This document shows, piece after piece, positions 44,091-55,730 of a DNA stretch of 64,000 bases. Each line of letters opens with the position of its first letter. Positions within the stretch are counted from its first letter, which is position 1. Source of the DNA: Camelus ferus (lineage: Eukaryota). Made by a program: the position numbers and the translations under genes. The stretch lies in contig NC_045699.1 in assembly GCF_009834535.1 (NCBI RefSeq), positions 9,858,001 to 9,922,000 of the forward strand. Direction: 5' to 3'. The notes under the pieces were generated by a model. It was not told where the DNA came from and ran no database searches. It saw only the letters and a program-made list of their open reading frames with translations.

Positions 44091-47000
44091 GAAGAGCCAA
44101 GGAGAGAGAGAGACAGAGGTGAGGACAGATTCCCACAGCAGCACTGCCAGGGAATTTGGGAATCCTGGAATCATCAGGCAGCTGTGCCAGGGGAGGGCCT
44201 TCCCATCAGGCTGGCAAACACGCAGACAGGAACAAGGTGCCCTGTCCTTTTTGTCAGAGATGAGGACTGCGGTAGAGAGAGCATCAGACCGAGCAGGGAG
44301 AGGGATGGAAAATGAACCCCAGGCCACAGAATTCCTTATCTGAGCATCCTCCTTGCTGCCACCCTGGTGTGCAGCCTGTCTCGTCCCTGCTTCCGGTCCC
44401 GCTCAGCTGACACCTGGACCCCATGGGGCCCTGGCTTTAATCCTCATTCATTCTTTCTCATGTACTTACTAAGCACCAGCTGGTTGAGAGACACTTCTGC
44501 CCACTTCTCCCATCTCCCTTCTCGCACTATTGAGAAATCCTCCCCAGGATAGTTTCTGCAATAAGGGATCAAGATTAGAATCTGGGGATGTTTGATGGGG
44601 TGGGGGGAAGTTAGCCTCACGTACACTGAGGTTGTCTGAGCACAGAGAGGAGGTCCCCAAGGGCTGGCTTTGGGTGCCTTCTGGTGGGAGGCCCCTTCTC
44701 GTTGGTTTGGGGAGGAGGGTCAGCGGCCCAGCTGGTCGGGGCCTAGAGAGCTGAGCTGTCAGCAGCAGGGAGGATCTGGCAAGAAGAAAACCAGGAGCTA
44801 TCCTGGGGGAGCCGGGGAGCCGGCGTTATGGTTTCTAATGTCTTAGCCCTGGTTTCAATTACCCCCAGAGTCCCCAGGGTCCCCTGACCGCTGTGGGCTC
44901 CCAAGCTCAAGGAAGGCCCGGGACCCTCCTGGACAGACCAGAAACCAGGGGCTCAGGGATGGAAGTCTGGAGGCTGGGGAGCTTTGCATCCTCTTCTTCT
45001 CCTACGCCTGGCTGAGAGAGACGCCGGGGGCCACGCAGGGCTCCGGGGACATCCAGGAGGCTGGGAAGGGGGCCCACCCTCACAGTCCCTGGTGGAGGGG
45101 CTACAACAGCCAGCTCCACAGCACCAGCTTGGGCACACTGGCCTCCTCCCACTCCTGGCTGCTAAAGCACAGGGTTCTTTCTCAGCCTCACCAGGCTCCT
45201 TTTTGGTCCCGAGACAACACTGACTCCTGGCTCTTTCCACCTCTGGGGCCGCCATACCTTCCTGCCCTCTCTGTCTTTTAATCATGGCTCCCAGCCATGA
45301 GGAGGTTTCAGCCTCCGTCCTCTCCTCCCCTCCCTCTCATCACTCCCTCTCCCTGCTCCCTGATCTGTATTATCATCTTCCAGCACCCTCATAGCGCCCA
45401 GGGCGGGCTGAGATTTTGATGCCTGAGCCGGTGCAGAGGACCCTGGGAGCTGTTGAACAGGGACTGCAGCCCTCCCCAGCCAGCCAGCCCTCTCTCGACT
45501 TCTCTGTTCTCCTCATTCTTGCCCCTGTTGGCCGCCATCCCACAGAAACTTCAACTGTCAGTGTCCATCCCCTGTCCTCTCCCCAGCTTTGTGGACGGCA
45601 CCATCATCTCCCAGTCACTCAAGCCAAAAACCTGGGAGTCCCCTGTGCTTTTGCACACAGTGTTCCCTCTGGGCCTGGCACACAGTAGGTACTAATAAAT
45701 GCCTGTTGAACTGAATTTAATTCATTTCTCTCTCTTGGACTCCCCTGCTGCCTCTGTTGGTGTCTCTGGCATTCAGTCTCCATATCTCTAATCGTTCTGT
45801 CTTCTGAATCACCACCGTTGAGTTTCTGGCGGGGGAGGGGAGGCGCGGGGAGTTGGGGCCTCTTTTCTTCCCTCTCCCTCTGCCCCAGAGAGTCACAGGC
45901 TGCCCAGGAATGGAGCTGTGAGACATGAAGGGAAGGAGTCCGTCTCGGGGCCACATGGTCCTCAGTCCTATTTGGAAATCCCAGCCGTCTTATCAAGGAG
46001 GCAGCTCCAGAACAGCAGGGATCACAGCCAGACTCTGGGCTGGTACTGGAAGGGGACAATCCTTTAAAGACATATGCCTCCTCTATGATGGATGAGAGGT
46101 GAGGGGGGTCAGGGCCCACTAGGGTGGGGAGAGAGGGAGGGAAGGAGGGAGGCAGGGACTTTGCATTGCTGAGCAGGGAATGAGTTTCATGCAGATTTTT
46201 GCAGCACAAAATGAAAACCTGCATCTGTGATTGTGCAAGTCTGTGCTCTAGCTCCCACCTTCCAACACGCAAAGCTGCTCACCCCTAGTTTCCCTCTCTC
46301 CCCACCCGCCCTGGATCCTCTGCCCCTTCTCTGACCATCTGCTTCTCTTTCCAGACAGCCCAGAGCCCAGGGTCACCTGAGGTGAGGGTCCTTGGGAGGG
46401 CAGGCACTGGACTACGTGTCCAGGGGTCCTGTTTGCTATGTATAGGGTGACACGGGGTTCCTCCAGGGGCCACGGGAACAGATGGAGAAGGTGAATCTGA
46501 GTGCCCCCCGCAAAGCCCTGTACTCTGTCTTCAGCCCCCTGGCCCTGCCCTAGATCAGGCTGGAGGACTCTTTCCTGCGGGCCCTCCCTGGCTGTTCCCC
46601 CTCCAGCCTTAGCCTTTCTCATCACTCTCTACCCAGCAGACTCAGCTTTCTCCCTAGAATGCATATCTGGTTATATTCCTCACCTACTTTATGCCTTTCC
46701 AGGCCTGTGTGGCCTTGGCACCAAAGGCACTTCAGGATGTGGTCTCTGAGCCACTCAGGCTGCCTCAGCCCGCCTTCTGGGTCTCTGCTTAATCCCTTAC
46801 TGGATACCAAGCCCTGTTTCCCACCCCTCCAAGCTGTGACCCATGCAGATAGGCACCGCCCCCTCCCCGTGTCCTCGGTCTCTACTCCCCCAGGTCCTGC
46901 TTTTGTCATTCATTCATTCATTCATTCAACATGTATTTAAAACCATTTCTCACAATAAGGGCACCTGTTCTATGCCAGACTCAGCTCTGGGTGCCTGGAA

Positions 47001-47289
47001 TTGGAGGCCACAGGGCTCCCCTCACGGGGCTCACAGATACCACACAAGTAACCAGTGGTTGAACATCACACTAACTGCTGGAAGGGAAAAGAGTGTGGCA
47101 CTCTGGGAGAGGGCAGAGGGGCTTGGTCCAGGTTTCCCTGAGGTGACATGTAGGCTGTCATCTCTTCCCCAAAGGGCCTGTGGAGTCAGACACAAAACTC
47201 TCACATGGACAAACTGAACACTTACTTATTTTGTTTAGTATCCATCTTCATCTTCCCTGACCAGAAAGTGAGTCCTATGAGGGCAGATT

Positions 47290-47882
47290 TTTAAACTTTT
47301 TTTTTTAAGGCAAAAAGTAAGCAGTCAAGTGCACAAACCTTAAGGGTACAACTTAAATTTTGACATATGTACCATATGTATGGACACTCTTGGAAACCTC
47401 CCCCTCCTCCCAACAAAGGTAACTGCAGTTCCGACTTCTATCACCATAATTGAGTTTTGCCTGTTCTTGGGCTGTGTATAAATGAAATCATTCAACACGT
47501 ACTCTTTTGTCTCTTTTGTGTCTGGTTCTTTTTTTTTTTTTTTTTTTTCTTTGCTCAGCATTTTGGCTATGAGCTTTATCCATTTTTTCTTGTGTGTAGC
47601 TATAGTTGGTTCTTTTCCATTGCTGCAACTATATCACAATCTATTCACTCATTATGAGTTGTTTCCAGTTTGAGGCTATAAATGAATAAAACTGCTAAGA
47701 ACATTCTTGGTAAACGTATGGAATAATTTCCTTTGGGTATATATCTGGGAGTGGAATTGCTGGGTCACAGGATATACATATGTTCAGCTGAGTAGATCCT
47801 GCCAGACAGTGTTCCAAAGTAGTTGTACCAGCTCATACACCCACCAGCAGTGTGTGGAGTTTTAGTTTCTCCACATCCTTGA
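47290..47882 (-). mobile_element. Old L1 (L1MB/ME-like) 3' fragment
   Basis: Antisense L1 signature GTTGTTTCCAGTTTGAGGCTATAAATGAATAAAACTGCT...GGAGTGGAATTGCTGGGTCA...CCCACCAGCAGTG. Confidence 0.8.
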
Positions 47883-50800
47883 GAGGGAAGGGATTTTTGC
47901 CTGTTTGGTTCACTGCTATATCTTATTACTTAGATCAATGCCTGGAATATACTAAGCGTTCAATACATATTTATTGACCGCTTTATGAATGGAGGAGCCA
48001 TCAGCATTACTGGGGTCCTTTTCTGGCCCTAGTACTAAATTGCTGTGTGACTCTGGGCCGGTGACTCCCCCTCTCTGAGCTGTTTCCCTGTCTATTGCAC
48101 CAGGGGACCAACACTAGGGGCTTTGCCTTCCAGCACCAGCCAGGTGTTGTGAAAGCTGGACACCTGTTCATTCATTCACTCCACTTGTATTGAGTAACAT
48201 CCTGCTATATACCAGGATGGTGAAGGTGTGATCTGTAACATGCCACTGACAGCCTCTTTCAGGTCAGCCAAGACCAGGGGTCACTGCCCATCTTGTCCCC
48301 AACTCATCCTCCTGGAGACCGCTCTTCCTCCCTCAGTCCAGCCCTGACCCCAGGGGGAGGGGGGTCTGGAATGAGACTGTGGATGGAAAATATGATTAAT
48401 AATCAAAAAAACATCCAAGAGGAAGAGACCAGGAAAACAACTTGGGGAAGGCTCCTCGCCCAGGGGAGGGGGGCCATGTCCTGGGCCTCAGGACAGCTCC
48501 GGCCGCCCTCCGGCCGCCCTTTCTGGGAAGCTGCCACAGGAGTGGGTAATTTTAGCCAAAAGTGAAAAAAAAAAAAAGCTGCCCTAATTATTTATGAAAA
48601 AAGATGCCCCCTTAGTGTAAATTATGCTTCCCCTGGGGGCTGCTCCCTACTCTGTTACTCCCCTCCTAGTGGTCCCCCTGCTTGGTCAGGCTGAGGGGCC
48701 CTGGAAACACTGGGCTGGGGGCAGAGGAGGAATTTCAACATGAAATGTTTTGTTCATTAACAGAGAACATAGGGGGAAATTCCCTTTCTGCTTGGGCCTG
48801 GGCAGCCCAGGCAGATACTCAAAAGCACTTGTGAAAAATTGAGTCTGGGTTGCAGAGTTGGGGGTGGGGGGGGCGATGGACACAGACAGTCTCTCCCCTC
48901 CTCTTAGACTCCTGACTTTAAGGAGTTTCCTGAGCCTTAATCCTTCCTCCTTCCAATGTCTCAGGTTGCCCTCAAACTTCCTTCTTAGCAAAACAGGAGG
49001 AACTGGGGTTAGACTGGAGTTAGAACTTCCAAGTGAGGAGGAAGGAAGGATATCAAAGAGAGGGAGGGGGGGCTTTGGACCTATCCAAATAAAATAGGCA
49101 ATGTTGAGATTGGTAGGCAGCAAACCTGAGGGGGGTGGGGCAGGAGTGAAAGCACCTCTCTCTCAGCGGCTTTAGAGAACCCCAGTGAGGAAGAAGAGGA
49201 CATCGCTCTGGAGAACTTGGAGCAATTCCAGGCTAAATACTTAGGTACCCCCATTATGGCTTCAGCCCTCTCATTCTCTACCTTTAGGGAATCTTTGCCC
49301 TTTTCTGGTGCCAGAGGGTGGAAGGGTCAGGGCACACTTAGGTGGCCATACAGATGACAGGATTCCAGACGGGGTCTGCACAAGGTGGTGTGAGTGGGCA
49401 CTAAGTGTTGGCCCAGGGTGTGGGTGAGCCGTCTCTGGGGGGCTGAGCTGGACCCTGAGTGTGTTGTCGGGGGGGGTGATCTGGGCCCCCCTCCCTGGCT
49501 CGGCCTGGGGCTGTGTCGGATCGGGTTTCTCGGCGCCTGGAGCCTCCGCGAGGCCGAGCTGTTCCCGGGCCCCGGCCAAGCCGCCCCGGGCGCTGGCACT
49601 GCGTGAGGAAGCGGGGAGGGGGGGAGGGGGAGGGGGTGCTGTGAGGGCGTTTACGTAACTGCCTCCCGGAGCCCGCCCCGACCCGCCAAACCCCAGTGTG
49701 TGATTGAGAGCGTGTGTGACTCTGCGTGTGTGCCTGTGTGACACGCGGTGTGACTGAGTCCACGGCTGTGTGGGTGACCGTGTCTATGTGTGGTATGGTG
49801 TCATTCCGGGAGTCCCGCCCTTCTGAGACCTCTAACTCCCAGCCCCAGGCAGAGGACCCTAGGTCCCAGTGTGCCATAGGGAGGAAATTAGGTGTGTGAA
49901 TTTACATAAGGTGTGTTCAGCATTTATAGGAAGACAGTCTGTGTGTGAGTGTTTGTGACTTTGAGTAGCCAAGTATGTGCCTCATGGTGGAGCTTTCTGA
50001 TGGTATAGAACGTTAGAAATAAGCACCATTTCCCGAAGGAACACTGGAAACGGCAGCGGGGGCCTCTCTTTCCTTGAGGACACATCAGTAAGAATGAGGA
50101 ACGGTCCTTGCTACCCAAAGGCTTGGGATGGCACAGTTGTCTCCCGGGGAAGGGCGTGGGAGGTGGTCCAAGTTTAGGATATCTGCCAGGGTGGAAGAGG
50201 GTGGAGCCAAAAGTCTTTTCATGGTGAGTATAAAACTCCAAGGAGTTATACAAAGTTAAGAAGAACTTCCCCCCAATTTCCCAAGGCCTTCAGGATTATC
50301 AAATCTGCAGTCACAATCATTTGCAGGGCACAGGGCTCTGAACTGGGGGCGTTATTTCTGGCTACCCGTCATGGGAGAGGCAGATGGTGAGGATGCGTGG
50401 GGCTGGGGGGAGGGTATCAGTGAAGTGGGATTTGGCTTAAGGATAAGTGCGCCATGAGCGAGAAGGGGGCTGGTGCAGAACTGGGGATACCGGGGATAGG
50501 GGCGCCCAATAAAGCTGGAGAGGAGACAGGGACAGATCCTGGAAGGGCTCTGAAGAGCCTCCTACGGAGCTTGGCTTTGCCCCCAGGGAAGTGGGGTCCA
50601 GGGGGGTTCAACACGGAGGCTTAGAAAGCTCAGAAGCTCATGTACAGTTAGGGCATTGGAGCCGGAGGGAGCGGAAATCCACGAATAATCTGTTGCCCCA
50701 GCTCAGATGGAAAGAGAACCACTTCTGGGTAGCGGCAGGAGGGAGAGAGGGGCCGCACCCCTAGTTGCTCTATAGGTGGGCGCTGCCTCTTTGCGGGATC

Positions 50801-52559
50801 CGCAGCCCAAGGGAGCACGCGCGTCCCACACTGCCCGCCAGGTGTCGCTGCGGCCCCGGGGAAGCGGGTGCGGACGCTGGGTACTGCACCCAGAGAAGCT
50901 GCGGATCGACTGACTCAGGGATCCGGTCCGACGTGCGCCTCTGGTCTTCGCGAATCCTCTGACACACCAACTTCTCGGGCTGCCGTCCCCGCTTGCTCTG
51001 AGCAGACCCTGCCCCAGCACCCGCGTACTTGGGCACTGTCGACGGCAGCCCCAGCGTCCCCGGGTGGAGAGGAAACGTTGGTTTGGGGCAGAACTCCTCA
51101 CTGCCCTCAACCTGGCAGAAGGGGGCTGAGTCCAGGACACTTGGAGGATCTGGAGGTCATGACAGCCCATCAGTGATCCGCAGATCTCGACGCCCATCGT
51201 CGCCTCGAGGGGAGGGGCGCCTTCCGCAGAACCCAGTCTCTCCGAGGCCTAGTTTAGGTCATGGGGAGGGGCATTCCTGACACCTCTCCCTCGCCCCCCA
51301 CCCACACATTCTGTTGCACCGTCTCGGCTACTTCCTGGTGCCCACCACCTGGTCCCCGCCCGCGACCCGGGTATTTGGAGGCTCCTCCAGAGAGTCCGGA
51401 TAAACGACACCTACTGTGGGTGGCGGCGAGCTGGATCTCAGCAGGGTGCCACTATTTCTCTGTGTCCTTAAACCCCAGCCGGCCCTTTCTGAGCCCCAGC
51501 TCCGGCTGACCCCTGCCGGTTGCACTGAGGGGATTCGGAGGCCACGGAAGTGAAAGTGAAAAGCCCGGGCAGTGGCAGGAAGGTTTTTCCTCTGCAATGG
51601 GAGTCCCTGAGGCATTTGTTGGGAAAGGGCCCGGGTGCTCTGGGCAGCCTACTAGGGAAGGGTGTGAGGAAGCAGCGAGATGTTTCCTTTTCCCCTCCCC
51701 GCCCTCGGCCCTTGCGCAGCATCCCGGAGGGGCCAAGCGCAGGGATTATGGGTCAAAGGTCAGGTGAAAAATCCGTGGGGTGGGGATGGGGGTGGGCCAC
51801 TCCTTATCCGCCTCTGGCATTCACTCTTTCTGTTGCGCTTTCCTGTGGCCTCAGAAGTAGTCGGGTTGTCTAACCTTAATCCCCTATGTTATAGCTGGAC
51901 AGGAGGCCTGGGGGCGAATGAAATTAGCACACCCGCCCCTCAGAGGCCCAGGCTGCGAAAGAGTGAACCTCAAGCGCCAAACTCTGGCACTCGCGCTCTG
52001 GCACTGCCGGTCCAGGCATAGAGGATGCACCCTCCCTACGCCCCGTATCCCAGTGGAGATCTCGCCCCAGGCCTTATGCCCGCGGATGGGAGAGTGAAGA
52101 AGGAGAGGGTAGTTGTGGTGTGTCACTGGAGGCTTGGTGGGAGGCGAGGGCCTGGGTTCCCAGCCTGATCCGTGTCGGGTCATGGGAGCAAATAGCCCTC
52201 TTTCCTCTGCGCGAGGGTGTAAATAAATGTCTGGTGGCTGGGAGGAGGAGGTCGGGGGAGGGAGTCATTGCTGGGGGCGGCAGGAATAGGGGAAGGGCGG
52301 AAACGGCTGGCCTCCCGTGCCCAAAGTGGGGCCTGGTGGCTCCAGCTCGCGCTCTTCTCATGGAGGTGCCCGCGGGAGGACCCCGAGAGTTGGTCCGAGG
52401 TGTACCAGGATGTCGTTGCGAAGCAGTCAGGGCCTGAACGTGCGGGAGTGTGCGCGGCGGAGACCTGGCCAAGGCTGAGTGTGAGAGAGTGAGTGTGAAT
52501 GAGCGACCCCGGGGGTTGGGTGCGCGCCCAGCGGCCCTGGGGGATCCGGCGGAGTGGGT

Positions 52560-52763
52560 GTGGGTGTATGTGCGCGCGCGTTTTTGAGACCCGCGGTCCG
52601 GGCTGCGTCTGAAGCGCGAGGGCCACAGCCGTCTGGAGGGCGTTCCCGAGAAAGGGCGAATGCGAAGGGGCCACGCGTGCCAATGCGGGCGAGTGTGCCC
52701 GCGAGGGGAGGGTGCGTGCTAGCGCGAGACGAGTGGGAGTGGGGGCTCACAGGCCTGCTCAGG
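52560..52763 (+). other. CNTFR: Candidate alternative first exon of CNTFR
   Basis: Near-consensus donor CAGG|GTGAGT at 52764 in the CpG island, ~430 nt upstream of the main exon 1 donor. The 5' end is uncertain. Confidence 0.45.
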
Positions 52764-53027
52764 GTGAGTATGCCCGCGCGAGCGGGCCGCGCGAGCCAGG
52801 CGCGGGAGCGTGCCATAGCGGGGGCGCGCGGGGGCCGTGGCCTGGAGGGGGTCGTGGCGCGCGGCCGCGGAGGCGCGGGGAGACAAGGCGGGAGGGGGAG
52901 GGGAGGGAGGGCGCGCGCGGCCGAGCGGGCGCCCGCGGTCACATGGGCGAGGGAAGGAGGGAGGGAGCGCGCGAGGGAGGGAGGAGGATGGGGGGGTTAA
53001 AGCCGCCGAGCGCCGAGGAGCCGGTGC

Positions 53028-53194
53028 AGAGCGGGCGGCGGCAGCGGCGGCAGCGGAGGCGGCGGCTCCAGCCCGCGCGGCGCGGGGCTCGGCGGCGGGA
53101 TCGGGCAGCGGTGCTAGCTCCGCGCTCCCTGCCTCGCTCCCTGCCGGGGGCGGTCGAAGGGCGAGGTGCGGAGCCCCGGCGACCCGAGGGCGCG
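53028..53194 (+). other. CNTFR: CNTFR non-coding exon 1
   Basis: GCGGCGGCAGCGGAGGCGGCGGCTCCAGCC...GGTGCTAGCTCCGCGCTCCCTGCCTCGCTC...CCCGAGGGCGCG|GTGAGT matches the recalled human CNTFR mRNA leader; synteny agrees. Confidence 0.85.
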
Positions 53195-53414
53195 GTGAGT
53201 ACCCCGCGCGGACCGCGCGCGGCCGGACCCTCAAACCCTCGGGCTGACCGACAGACCCGCGGCCCTCGTGCGCGCGTGAAGAGGGAGGGACAGGCGTGGG
53301 CCCGAGACTGGGGGGAGGGGGCCAGGAAAGTTCACGGGAAACTTTGAGGGTAAACTCGGGGGCGGGGGCGCAGGAGAGGCGGCCCCCCACGTCTGGGCGC
53401 GCCGAGGGTTGGGC

Positions 53415-53438
53415 GTGGTGGTGGTGGTGGTGGTGGTG
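53415..53438. repeat. (GTG)8 trinucleotide microsatellite, CNTFR intron 1
   Basis: Read directly; a (GT)n-like run also lies at ~53684-53711. Confidence 0.9.
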
Positions 53439-54619
53439 GGGACGGACTATCGGCTGGCGGGAGGTGGCAGGGGCCGATTGCCCTAGCCTCCCTGTTCTCC
53501 CTCGCCCCTCAGCAGAGCGCGCAGGGTCTGGGAAAATTCCGGAGCTTGATGGGGGTGTCGCAGTGACCCCCGTGCGCCCAGAAGCTTCCTTCTCCAGGAG
53601 AAATCTGGACTTAAGCGCGCCCAGGGGTGTGAACGGACGGTTGCGCGTCTGCCAGTGTACGTGTGTCCGTGTGAATCCGCTAATGTGTGTGCGTGCGTGT
53701 GTGTGTGTGTGTTGGTGTGAGCCTGACTGTGGTTTCCTCGTGAGTCCGCCTGGATTTATCTCCATTTAGGGGGTCTCCTTCAGTATTTCTTTGTAAGTCC
53801 TGTTGTGTTGTGTGTCCGTGTGAGTCCGCTTGTGGTGTATCTCCGTCTCTTTGTGAGTCTGCCGGTGTGTGTCTCCTCCAGTGCGGCTCTGTGTGAGCCC
53901 GCCTGGGTGTCCCTGTGTGGCTCGGAGTGGTGTATCTCCCCGTGCGTGGGGGCTGGGCCGAGGGGAGGTCACCAGACGGACAGCTCTCCTGCCTCGCTCC
54001 TCTCCTCTCCTCTCCCGAGCCTCTCCTCCTGCGTCTAGCTCTCGAGCTCGCCGGCTCCCTTGGCCCCCTCCCCCTTCAGTAGCTTCAGGCGGGCAGGAGT
54101 ATTTCACGCCTTGTTGAAAATTCAGGATTTTCTTTCTCTTTCCGTCTAGTCTATCTCGATGAGAAGCGTCTCTGTGTGTCTGTGTGGCTGGCAGCTTGTC
54201 TGCAACACTGGATGTGTGTCTGCATGCCGCTGGAGGAGTGTGTCTGCAACACTAGTTGTTTTGCCTGTAATACTTGGTATATTTGTGTCTGTGTCACTGG
54301 GGGTGTGTCTGTGTCACTGAGGTGGTGGGAGTAGGAAATGCTGGGTGTGTTCGTGTATCTATAATTGCTGTTTGTCCAGGGAATCTGAAACAGAGTGCAT
54401 TCTTGTGTGTCTAACTCTGGGTGTGATGGTGTACCAATGCATATGTGGGGATGATGTGGCTTGAACAATTGGATATTCCCATGGCTGTAGAGCTAGCCAG
54501 GGTTTGGCGTTTGGAGGGGGCTGTGTCTCAAAAAACTGTACCCTTGCTTCACTGCCAAAACCCACACAAATCCTCTGGACTGGTTTTTAGGGCTAGGGAT
54601 CAGGATTGGTGACATGGAT

Positions 54620-55730
54620 CTAAAGTTCACACCCCATCTGGGTTAATACTCCAACTGGGACCCTGAGCCTTACATGAAGAGTAGGAGTTTAAAGTTCACA
54701 CTTAAGACTTCTAGGGGTTCTGGAATTCATACTCAGCTTCGCACTGGGACAATTTAACTCATATGGACTCACACTAAGAATTACACTAGGACAATGGACT
54801 GGCAGGCACTCAGATTCACAGTTATGTTCTGGTCATATCCAGTGATACACTTTAGTCCTGGAGTTTACACTCAGACTCGCACTGGGACTCTAGGCTCGCA
54901 CTTAGATGCACATTTCTGTCCTGAGGCTCGAAGACTAACACTGAGACCTAGAACCCATGCTCAGAACTCATTGGGGTCCTAGGGCTCACACTAAGACCCC
55001 AGAGCTTTCTCAGATTCACACTTACGTTCTGGGGCTCACTCTCAGACTCACATGGGGAAGCCGGGTCTCATATTTGAACTCAAGGACTCACACAGGATAT
55101 TGGGGCTCACATACTCACACTTCCATCTCCAAGCTCACACTCAGATTCACAGCAGGGCTCCAGTGCTCACATGCAAGCTTCTCACTTCCATCCTGGGATC
55201 ACTTAGGGACCCAGTATTCACACACAGACTTCTAAAGGGACCCCAGTGCTCACACTCAGACTGATACGGGGAACCTTCGCTCACACTCAGAATGCCCTGA
55301 AGACCAGGAGCTCACATTCGGACCAACACTAGGACTCCGAGGCTTCCACTGCCTTGTCTGGGAATCCTGGGGCTCCCAGTTAGACTCACATTTCAGACCC
55401 AGGGCTTATAGGTACATGCATACAGGGACCCATGTTCACACTCAAACCCATACTTCCATCTTGGAGTTCACACTCAGACCGACATCCCTCGCAATTACAT
55501 TAAACTCACTTCCATCCAGGGGCTTATGCTCAGACTCACGCAAGGGTCCTAGTGCTCACACTCAGACTTGTGCTTCCTTTTTGAGGCTTCCATATTCACA
55601 CAGGAGCCCTGGGGGGCAGGTCACACTTAGAATCACACCCAGTTATGCTTCCATCCTGGGGCTCACATTCAGACCCACATTAGGATTGTGGTATTCACAT
55701 GACCAGTGGCACTTAGAACTCATAGTCAAA
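54620..55730. repeat. Degenerate tandem-like repeat (CTTCCATCYTGGRGYTCACAYTCAGA units), CNTFR intron 1
   Basis: 26-nt related copies at 55120, 55453, 55509 and 55648, with many CTCACACTCAGA cores across ~1.1 kb. Confidence 0.65.

Larger units (their letters stand above)
49400..53720. promoter_or_regulatory. Extended CNTFR CpG island / promoter region
   Basis: CpG-dense blocks at 49480-49760, 50750-51250 and 52300-53700. TTAAA at 52997-53001 lies ~30 nt upstream of the likely exon 1 start. Confidence 0.7.

Noticed and set aside
52719-53765. 348-aa antisense ORF over the CNTFR promoter
   Set aside because: GC-rich CpG-island frame with low-complexity Ala/Pro/Arg content. The His run comes from the (GTG)8 microsatellite. 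No recognisable domain.
54620-55730. CRISPR-like array
   Set aside because: Eukaryotic DNA; the units are highly diverged, with no constant repeat and unique-spacer pattern.
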